Notes under the pieces: model-generated
Databases searched by the model: none
Told to the model about the DNA's origin: nothing
What the model saw: only the letters and a program-made list of their open reading frames with translations
Assembly: GCA_002633005.1 (NCBI GenBank)
Contig: NMRA01000706.1
Span: 128,635 to 192,634, forward strand
DNA length: 64,000 nucleotides
From: Phoronis australis
Lineage: Eukaryota; Animalia; Phoronida
Direction: 5' to 3'
Part shown: one piece after another, positions 13,269-22,940 of the stretch
Layout of the letters: each line of letters starts with the position of its first letter
Numbering within the stretch: position 1 is the first letter of the stretch
Program-made: the position numbers and the translations under genes

Positions 13269-13580
13269 CTGAAAAATAAGAAAATTAACAAGAATTAAAA
13301 ATACTAATAGAAACTGTCAAAAGCACTTAGCCTTGAAGAGTTCTACAACTTTCTCCTGGAAAGCACACGCAGTTGCCCACAGATGAGTGTTTTATATAGT
13401 TTTCTCTAAGACGACTACGAATGTGCTTAGGACCTTCATGGATTGCAGTGCCGGGTACTCTTATGGCGTTCATGAAGATAAAAATTATAGTTACATGTAC
13501 ACATTCTGTTCTTATACTTTAGTTAGTGTTCACGTGCATAAATGTGTCTGAAATTTTAAGATTAAAAAGCACACACTTAC

Positions 13581-13631
13581 GAGGCACTTGGGACGGGTAA
13601 CGCATGCCCCTACTAAGCCGGTGATGAGGAA
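13581..13631 (-). CDS. MS4A/CD20-like protein, coding exon 2 (end of TM2): FLITGLVGACVTRPKCL
   Basis: Acceptor TAATTTCAG, donor GTAAGT, 51 nt, phase 0. Joined to exon 1 it gives APIYCGLV-FLITGLVG, resembling the MS4A P-[IF]-W-x-G-x-x-F-x-x-[ST]-G signature. Confidence 0.88.
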
Positions 13632-14423
13632 CTGAAATTAAGAAACTAGGTTCATAAATTGTTAACCATTAATTCCGCCACCTATCGGGAGGACATTGAA
13701 AGCAATATTTACGAGTTGTACAAATGTGTGGCAACCTACGCACATGTACACTGTTTACATGGATCATTAATCACATATTCTGTCTTTACAGATGTAGCTA
13801 GAGTTAATGTCTGTTGATCTTCCAAAAATTCTGCTATTTTTCAACCTTTAATAGGGCATGATTTTGAATTCGAAACTATGAAATTTTGAACTTTTGGTAC
13901 AGCTAGTAGAGTAAGCCAATTTTTGTACTGTAACAGAATTAGTAGTTCGACACACCCAAGTATACATAACATTCTGCAAGCAAAGCAGAGAAGACCCATC
14001 CCTTAACTTGTTTTTCCATAAAATATTACTCAAAATTTGACCCTATCGAACATTTTCTCTTTAATTTTTCCATTAACTTACAAATGTCATAGTCAGAGCA
14101 GAATCTTTTCGTTCACTGTACGTTTAGCCGCCGCATTTCTGACGGATGGGGGGAAATTTTCGAACGTGTAGACTCGCGAAAGTTTTTCTTAAATGCATTT
14201 CTCCAAAACTCACCCTAATGGCCAATCATGTGACTTTCAACATGAAAAATGACTAAAAATCCATTCTCCATTTTGAAAGTCATCTGACTCTTCACTCAAC
14301 TGAGTTTCAGACGTTTGAAGTCAAGAGACACCTGTGAGGGAACATTTCAGAAGTTACAGGTAAGAGCTTACACGGTGTAATACTGGATGGGATAGGAAAA
14401 CACCGGTAGCATACTGTACTTAC

Positions 14424-14627
14424 CACCAATCCGCAGTATATTGGGGCTGTTAGAACAGGTATTATTGGCAAAACTATCCCATAGAGATTCATCGAGGTGG
14501 CATGAGGTCGGACCAGATGCAGAGCCAAGATGACGCCACCTGAGACAGCAGACAAACCTCCAAGGACAGCTTGTATACCGCCAGGTACTCGCAGCATCTT
14601 GAACGGAAATGTGTCGCTTGGATCCAT
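14424..14627 (-). CDS. MS4A/CD20-like protein, coding exon 1 (TM1 to start of TM2), 68 aa from MDPSDTFPF
   Basis: ATG at 14627 in an AAAATGG context, upstream acceptor TACAG| at 14641/14642 (implying a 5' UTR exon further upstream), donor GTAAGT at 14423. GGIQAVLGGLSAVSG resembles the MS4A TM1 motif G-x-x-Q-I-x-x-G. Confidence 0.88.
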
Positions 14628-15094
14628 TTTGGTCACTACACCTGTAATACATTAATCTTAGGAAGTCATGTCAACAGTAATTCATAATTATATGGTGGTT
14701 ATCAGATGCTTAAATGTACAAAAATTATACCTATGTTTTTAAATCTGAAAATGTTACACATACGGAAATGCATGCATACATACGTGCGTGCTTACTAACA
14801 CCTGTATAGACATAGAATACACAAATATATATATATATATATACATAAACGCGTGTGCGTGCGTGCATGTGTGTGTGTCCGTGTGTTGATTATTTTTGGA
14901 AACGTTTATTACGGTTTTAGCACCAGATGTGTTTCTCAATTATATGGGAATGCAATCACTATTTTACCCCAATTTATCCTATTTATTCATCAAATTCTAC
15001 ATATTAGTAATTTTATATTAATTTATTTTATTTATTGTCTTTTCAATCTAATTGTACATAGCTGTCCGTATTTTACTTCATGTACATGTAATTA

Positions 15095-15190
15095 TTTCCG
15101 ACTGGGCCCACTTGAAAGTCAGACGTGTATTCAGTGAAGTGGTCACCCAGTCTTTTAAAGAAGTTTAAATAAATAAATTAAATAAATAAA
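15095..15190 (+). mobile_element. 3' terminus of an L2/CR1-group LINE (or a derived SINE tail)
   Basis: GGGCCCACTTGAAAGTCAG...GTGAAGTGGTCACCC stem-loop-like end followed by an (AAAT)n tail, preceded by a T-rich 3' UTR-like tract. Confidence 0.45.
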
Positions 15191-15952
15191 ACGTTAACGT
15201 GTTAATTATTGCTGACAATTGTTACAATTAATGTCCTTTATGAAATAAGGTTAAGGCTTTGAATGTTAATTCTAACTGATCGCCAAATGATCCCGTCAAG
15301 TGGATATTTCCAACCAAGCAAAAGTTTTTGATAACCCCTAATTTCTTTTAAAGCGATATGCCAAAATATCACGAAAAGCAAGGCGACATACCCTATGGTG
15401 TAAGCCAAAGCCTAAGTTGTACTAGAGTTTACTTCGCCACACAGATTTGATGGAGTTCCCCAACAACATTCATACTAATAATCAATCTGTACTTGTCTTA
15501 GAAATACGTGACTTTTTCTTTAGCCAAAAGCGGTTGTGATTCCCCTAATTACATGTAACTGTCCGCAATTGAAGTTGCTTCCACACACCATGCATAGAAT
15601 CCCTAAAATGAGTGTAACGGACAACGCCCGTAGCCGAGAACATCACATTCCTTGGTCAACGCTTGGTATTTGGTTCAAGTTACTGTCCACAGAGAGCGTC
15701 CACACCACAGCTGATTGCTCTTGCCTCGCCATCTCACTTACATGTAACTTTATACCCAGAAGGAATTCCCAAAAGCAAGCCGGTCATATCACGTTCACTT
15801 CTACCAGTGCGGTAGGTTACCGATATTCCTAGCCGAAGTTGCTTTCACACCGCGTGTATAGAATTGTATAGAATCCTTGAAATGAGCTGGGAAGAGTTCA
15901 GTGTCTCGCGATTAAAAAAATTAGGGAAAATCACGTTATTGGCAATATCTCA

Positions 15953-16285
15953 CTAATCTAGCGAATTCTTGCTTTTTAGCGAGGTCCTAGTCAGTTCAGA
16001 ATATTTATCGCAGCTTAGAAGGAAATGGTATTCGTCTTTCACAACATGCATGTACACGTAGGGGCAGAAGGGACACACTCTGCTTGCCCTATCCAAATTC
16101 AAGTGTCTGCCTACTTCAACCATGAGACTGTGACTGGAACAACGAAAACGTGCCATGGCATAATTTGTGCACGGGGCATACTCAAAATAAATTTTCCACT
16201 TTGAATTCCTTTTTAACACAGTTTAGGATTACTCTCAACATTTTGTCTCCATCCTTGCAAATGAGAATCCCTTATTCGCTGAAAA
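15953..16285 (-). pseudogene. C-terminal fragment of a non-LTR retrotransposon ORF2 (RTE-X-like)
   Basis: QRIRDSHLQGWRQNVESNPKL, then a frameshift, then ARFRCSSHSLMVEVGRH...RVCPFC...KDEYHFLLSCDKY: the post-RT CCHC zinc-finger region. Confidence 0.75.
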
Positions 16286-19200
16286 GTATTTTTTAGCGAT
16301 TTCAACGACTTGCTGTTTGTTATTTCTAGAGGACAAGTGGACGAGACGGTCTCGCCACCTGGTGACCAACGTAGTGAATTAAACAATACACGCGAGCGTT
16401 TTCAAGAGAACACAGTTGCATCTCTGCTAAATCCCGCCAAATCGTTATTTCCCACGGGAAATAATGGTATGGATTATTAACCGCTAGTTATTTACTGTCC
16501 AGGCCTGTATTGGGAGATAAATATATCTATGTTCAAATAATATGATTCTTGTTTCATTTAAAGACAAGAAATCAAGGATATGGATAATGAGGTGATGTTT
16601 TACTTTTGCTGAAACAATCTACAAATAAAGAATCGTCTTAGGCTCATGCTCATCATTGCGGTTCTCCCCAAAATTGCAATTTCAGGAAATATTCAAATAA
16701 TGGTTGACCTCTTTTATTGACTTACTTAACTACAAAATGTCAAAACGCGTCCATCGCATTTTGTCCCTTTTTCCTTGTACACATATGAAGTGAACTGAAA
16801 TCCAAACTGTAATTTCTTAAACAATCTGTATTGATAAGATAGAAAATGAACCAATACTTCCGTATACCCTACACCTTGTGTTTATGTTACCTGTCAACAG
16901 CAACAGAATACAACTTGAGCAAATAAAAACTTCAACAATTTGTTTTCTGTGTAAATTCCCCTATCGCTTGTCTTTGTTCGATTCTATTATTGAATAGGAA
17001 GAACATCTGAGCTGAAGGGGCAACAGACGTAAATGATAACGCATTATTATGTATTTCAGTAAACATTAGGATTGCAACATACCTATTTTAGTGCTTACGT
17101 CATTTAAGGTTGTAATTGCACGATGTTTACATTCAGCTGATTTAAATACATCGGTTGACCTCACCTTAAATTGACCAATAAAGAACCTGATATCAGAGGT
17201 GTACACCAAACTGAAATGCTGGCAGCGTCTTAGTTCGAGACTAAGTACGAAGAAAGACTTCAATCGTCCTCGAGGGTGTATTTTATTGTGCAATTCCCTG
17301 CACTTGTTTGTAAATAATGGTGTTCCATCATGAATAATACGAACTAATCCATAGCTTTGATAGAGCAATTGAAACCGTTTCACTTGCAGTGCGTGCAAAT
17401 TATCATAATCGTTTCCACAGTTATTAAGATCGATATTACTCATAAACCTTCTGACCAATACAACAGGGAGTTGGCCCGTCAGCAAAAACGTATTTCGTCT
17501 TCATAAAATCATCATGTCTCCATCGTCACTAGGGTTTTTGAGACGTTTGATGGCCACAGTGGAGGAATAAGTGCCCCTACATATGGTCATTGCTAGACCT
17601 CTCTGCTGGGTCTGAATCCTAGATGCGCGCCAGATGATTATCACTTAAACCAGTCTAACTGACAGACAATATGTGCTGGACAATGTTGTTCTTCTGAGAA
17701 GCCCATGGTAGCAAGAGAGCGAATGACAACCAAGATATATCGCGAAGGCGATTTCTGGTGATTTATTTGTAGTTATCAGTGTAACATTCGTTATCCTCAT
17801 CATTATCGTCAGCGCCTTCAACATATTTTTCACACATTATCATCATCATCATCATCATCAGCAGCAGCATCACTATTAAGAAAAACTGTATTACAACGAT
17901 CATCCTTATGATCATCACAAGCGGTAGCACTACCGCTTTGTTACCTCAACGTTTGTGGCGACTTCCCCGTCAAGCGTATACCAGTCACAAAGGTCAAGGT
18001 TACAGTTCCCCATGAAGTGATCGTCCATCAAGTAGTATTTGAAACGCCGGCATTTGCCATGTTACTGATTGTGAAAGCCGAAGCGTGCGCCTCCCAGACA
18101 ATAGATTTGCACTTACCATCCAGAAACAAGGAAGTATCACGAAGGCAATGGTATGCTCAGTAAGTTGGTGGGTGATATTAGGTAGTTATTATCTGTCAGA
18201 GTGCACTCGTAACTATGATAAACTGAACTTTCGAATGTTTGAACGGCTACTGAAAGGAATTGGTCTCCGAAGATGGTATATCTAAGTCTGCTGTCGATGT
18301 TGAGTAGTAAAGGCTTAGCATTACTATTGCATAGGCGGATTTAGGGAGGGGGGCAGGCGGACCCCCCCCCCTTGGCTGCCGGAAAAAATAACACAAAAAT
18401 ATAATAGCAAAACCGTAGGGAAATGTTGAGTTTATTAATTAACCCCGGTAATTGAACTTATACCGATGAAACAAGATTTAAATTTGTGAAGTTTTGGTGT
18501 TTGGGGCGGGGGGGATCGATCCAGTTTCAAGTGTCAAATTCAGAACACGGCTAAATATAGGCTCTCCCGCGGTATCTCAGGCGACCGCCAGTGGCGCTGC
18601 GCACCACGACTCCGTTTCTGTCGTCTGCTCCACTGTGCAATGAAGATAATTTATTTCATTTTTTAAAGAAAATGGAACCTGAGCGACGGTGAAAAAACAA
18701 AAACTGCAGGTTAGATGTAAATTTTATTCGAAGCCTTAGAGAATCACTCAGAAACTCACAATTTTGTCTTTGTCAAATTTTAACTTAAGACGAAAGCAAT
18801 TCCGTCATTATTGCCAACACGAAAAACAGATTTGGTCTTTTAGGCATTTGAAGACTATTTTAAATACAAAAAATGTTAAAAACCCATTGCAACAAATATA
18901 AAACATGTAATAAGCATTACAAAAAGAAGTAGGTTTCGCGCGCAAATGCTGTGGACCATAAACAAGTAAGTCTCTTAGTTTCGGAGTAGGAGTTAAAGGC
19001 GAAGGCAACCTTTTTCCATGTCAATTTGAGCTAAAATAAGGTTGGTTGGTTATCCTAGACATATTTTCCACTTAATTACAGCTTTTCGTAATTTTATAAA
19101 TTACTCGTCCGCTACTCCGGAAGTGACGTTTTAGGAGGCAAGCGTTTCCCGCCACTTGGTTTTGCGTTGACTTTACCGTGCGAATCTGTTCTATTCTACT

Positions 19201-19330
19201 TTTGTTTTGTGCTGTTTTTCAACAATTGTCGCCACCACTTTCCATCGGCGAGTATTCTGCGGCAAGATAGGTTAGTAGAGAACTCAACTACGTTGGATTT
19301 AGGGATTGTTTAGTGTGTTGTAAGCTGAAA

Positions 19331-19726
19331 ATGGCTGGAGTCGGTGACCCGTATCACAGTGACAGTAGTGTGAGTGACGGAGACCTTGTTCACAGCAGTG
19401 GTGACGAGGAATTTTTTCACGGACATTCAGTGGGTGGGTACATGTTTGAGCCCGAGTATAACGAGGCAGAGTACGCACAGGCACAGGCAGCTGTTGAGAG
19501 AAACGAGGCGGCTACTGAGGACAGACGTGGTGACACATCTTGGTGCAAATGCACTGTGTGCGTTGTTATGCCTACCTCAATGGAATGCTTGTGCTGTTCA
19601 GAGTTCGGCGAGGCCAAGCCACTACTGGACATGGTTAAGTGGACCTCCGGCATACCACGGACAGAGGAACAACTGTCCCACTTGCCAGAGTGTCCCGCGA
19701 CACACTCCCCATGGATGGTGACCTGA
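19331..19726 (+). pseudogene. KolX (P2X7 C-terminal ballast-like Cys-rich protein), 3'-truncated; the frame stays open into antisense transposase sequence
   Basis: ATG at 19331 in an AAAATGG context. YMFEP...RGDTSWCKCTVCVVMPTSMECLCCSE matches the YxFEP / WCxCxxC..M.T..E..CC.E motif of KolX and P2X7-like proteins. Homology ends at about 19625. Confidence 0.85.
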
Positions 19727-20420
19727 GCACCCAAACTGCTCTGCTGTCGTGTGACTCCCTCGCCACACACCTGGCACCTTCTAAATAGCTCCAACACTTT
19801 AAACAAGTCCACAATAAATTGATCAAAGTTTGGCTCACCGATCTGTTCACTGGTCGACGAACTGTTCTCTTCACTGGGTGTCGAACTGAGCCTGTAATCA
19901 CTCCCACTACTCAATATCGCTGCAGGGCTGCTTAGAGGCTCTGGGCTGGAGAAAACAGCACAGGGCGAATCACTACTAGTTCCAGGAATTGCACGCTCTG
20001 GGGTACGTTCGGAGGCACGGTGACAGTAGATGAAGTGCCTCCGCTGGCTCCAGTCACTGTACTGGCCACAGCTCGCGAGGCTTCTTGCTTCAAAAACGCA
20101 TTTCTCGGGGGTGGCGACGGGGCACTGCCTGGAATCAACACAGACGGAATGGCATCCTTCTTCAGACGTTGTTTCGCAGGGACCTTCATCAGTTCAGCGT
20201 ACAAATCCCTTTAGTAATCGGACGGCAGAAAGTGCTTGCCACACACACGGTAATTCTACACTGTTTTGTAAGTTGCGTGGACGGGTAACGCTGCGTTCTT
20301 CACACGAACGAGCCAAGTACGGCGAAGTGTGCCATCCATCGGAAAGCGATGCAAAGGTACTCCCAAAGCGCGCGTAAGCCGATAATTAGTACATCCTGGT
20401 ACGCAGCAACAGTGTGGCAT
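19630..20420 (-). pseudogene. Kolobok THAP-domain transposase, disrupted N-terminal portion
   Basis: MPHCCCVPGCTN...LHRFP...W...RVCGKHF...LKKDAIPS is a C2CH THAP finger with its AVPT-like box. In-frame stops at 20256-20258 and 20211-20213. After a frame change comes FIVDLFKVLELFRRCQVCG...GECVAGHSGKW...RGMP, a second Zn motif of Kolobok transposases. The DDE core is absent. Confidence 0.87.
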
Positions 20421-20696
20421 GTTGACTGACTAGTAAATGAAAGCAAACGACAACGGAACTTAACACAACCGAGGTACATGTAGAACAATGACTGACTCGG
20501 CAGCTCTCACAGTCAGACTATATGAAAAGAAATTGGCGCGAAATGCTTGCCTCCTAAAACGTCACTTCCGGAGTAGCGGACGAGTAATTAATAAAATTAC
20601 AAAAAGTTGTAATTAAGTGGAAAATATGTCTAGGATAACCAGCCAACTTTATTTTAGCTCAAAATGACATGGAAAAAGGTTGCCTTCGCCTTTAAC

Positions 20697-20760
20697 TCGT
20701 GGTGGTGCAGTGCTAATGCACGCGCGCTCTATCCGACAGGTCGTGAGTTCGAGTCTCTTG
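20697..20760 (+). other. tRNA-derived Pol III-like head (degenerate tRNA or SINE head)
   Basis: A-box-like TGGTGCAGTGC (20703-20713) and B-box GTTCGAGTC (20747-20755) at tRNA-like spacing. The acceptor stem does not pair convincingly. Confidence 0.5.
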
Positions 20761-22703
20761 TAAATGCAGTTTTTCCCATTTGACACGTTCTGTATGTTTT
20801 TTTTTATTTTTGCCTTTTTTTGGATAATACTTCACGAATCAAGGAAAATGCTTGATTTTTAGAGGAAAATACAGAAAGATTTCCTGGGCGGGTGGGGGGC
20901 AAACGCCCCTCCCGACCTCCCCCCATTCGGTGCTTTGCGCATCCACAATCGTGGTTTGCGCAAATGCTTACAGTCGGACAAAAGGTTGGGCCCCCCTTGT
21001 GATATCCTAGATCCGCCACTGTATCATGTAATAGCTTTGTGGCGTGCAACACCAAATTTCTGTAGGACCGAAGTCACATTTCATAAAACAGATCCCTTGA
21101 CGGTGCTCCGTAGACGCAATAAACTCGGCTAAAACAGCAAGTGTGATCGCACGTTCCGGTTTGCAAGACGATACCTCCTTTTCTCAATTTTCTTTCGTCT
21201 AGAGAACGCAGACCGGGTTGTTATGGAGTACAAAATCAAGCAGTGTTTTAACAGTGCAAGAAAGCGCTATCTAAACGCAGTCACTTCAAATAATACGTGA
21301 AGTTGTCTTTTCTCGCCATATTACGTCAGCGCGAAAAAACGGCAAACAAAGAACGGCCGATAGCAGTATTGTCGAACATCCGCCATATCCTAGACGTAGG
21401 CGATATAAGTTTGCATTTGCCGTGGGTACCAGAGTACGTGTATAATGAAGAGAACACCAACCGTGTACGAGTGTTGTTTGTTAATGTTTGAATTATCTTG
21501 ATTTCTCGCGATGACGTTGACGGCAGTCAAGTATTAAGTTTAACGTTTTATTACGTTTGGTAATTTATGATTTCACTTGATATTAGAATGGTTCTTTTAA
21601 GATATTAGGAATAAATTTTCTTATGCTACAGTTCACTGTATGCTTAAGGGTTCTTTGCAAGACGTCATTAAGTTATGACATTTCCGTGAAAGTTCAAGCG
21701 TATTTATTTTTCGAAAGGAAGTGAATGTTCAAGTCGCTGGTTTTTCTTAAATGACTGCACGGTAAAAATTTTAGAGTCCCCCCCTCGATTCTACATGTTG
21801 TAATCTAATCACGGTGTCCATTACCTACACTGTACTGGAACGCTGTGTAACACTTTTCTTCCACTTATTCTTCAGACACCGAAACAATGATTAAAAAGAG
21901 TCCTCTAATTAATAGACGCATAGACATTTGACTAGTCTCCAGCTAGATAGCACTGTTGTGCACTAGTAAAAGACTTCGACTGTGACAGACAAATAGCTTC
22001 ACAGACAGCTCTATAATACCGTGGTCTGTATTGATTTTAGTCACACATACATATACTTCACCGTGGCAGATATAAGCAGGTAAACTACATGTTCCGGTTC
22101 TATTTGTTCAGATACTCACAATTGCTACCCTGGGAATAAATTATGTTACTCATCGTTCTCGTAATTGTGTTAAATCGTAATTTTAGCTATCAATCCATAC
22201 TCTGGTTCTTCTATAAGAATTCAGAACCACTTCACTCTGCTTACTATAGGATCGTGTTGCTTACGTCAATTTTCTTGCGCGAAAGATGGGGTTTCTTCCG
22301 GCGAAAACGGGGAGGGGGTCTGCACAAAGTCATTACACTGTTTGTAAGGATGGTATGCTGCTGAAAATTAGGATTACACAACCCTTTAAAGAGTGAGCAC
22401 GTCATCATTTTACGGAATCAGCAAGTAAAAGGGACCCATTCTTAGAGAGATTTCAAATGTACAAAAACGGTCGCCCTTATGTAAACTTTGTTCCCCAATA
22501 TTTTGCGTGGCCAGGTTCTAACCTTAACAGAAGGCTTGTACATCGAGTTAAAATACAATAGTCAAGTCCTGGGTCTGTAGTCATTCTAGCTCAACAAGCC
22601 CAAACAGAAGATGAATCCTTTTTGTAGAATAGACGGAAATGGATCTTTCGGTGTACCTTGCATATGAAGTGAATACCTCATAGGGGAAATAAATGAGAAA
22701 AGG

Positions 22704-22940
22704 TGCAATTTCGTAGGCATTCTGGCCGTGAAAACCCTTACCCATCTCCGTGGCCCTGCCTATTGCATTTTCGTAGACATTCTGGCCGTGAAACCCTACC
22801 CATCTCCGTGGCCCTGCCTATTGCATTTTCGTAGACATTCTGGCTTGAAACTCCCACCCATCTCCGTGGCACTGTCTATTGCGTTTTCGTAGACATTCTG
22901 GCCATGATAAGCCCTACCCATCTCCGTGGCACTGCCTATG
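22704..22940. repeat. Minisatellite, ~58-bp unit x4
   Basis: CCCATCTCCGTGGC recurs at 22741, 22799, 22857 and 22917. Confidence 0.9.

Larger units (their letters stand above)
18997..20691. mobile_element. Kolobok DNA transposon, internally deleted derivative (1695 bp)
   Basis: TTAA at 18993-18996 and 20692-20695. ~158-bp near-identical TIRs begin AGGCGAAGGCAACCTTTTTCCATGTCA. Contains convergent THAP-transposase and KolX remnants, the Kolobok gene pair. Confidence 0.92.
18330..21021. mobile_element. Non-autonomous DNA transposon (5-bp TSD, hAT5-like) hosting the Kolobok insertion
   Basis: Left end CATAGGCGGATTTAGGGAGGGGGG; right end CCCCCCTTGTGATATCCTAGATCCGCCACTG. Flanks are TATTG/TATCA. 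Same type of terminus as 27139-27285 and 36657-36798. Confidence 0.6.

Noticed and set aside
18997-20691. piggyBac or P-element assignment (TTAA target; THAP domain)
   Set aside because: AG termini rather than CC, together with a convergent KolX gene, fit Kolobok. P elements make 7-8-bp TSDs.
20697-20770. Functional tRNA gene
   Set aside because: A/B boxes are present, but the acceptor and anticodon stems do not pair properly. Kept only as tRNA-derived sequence.
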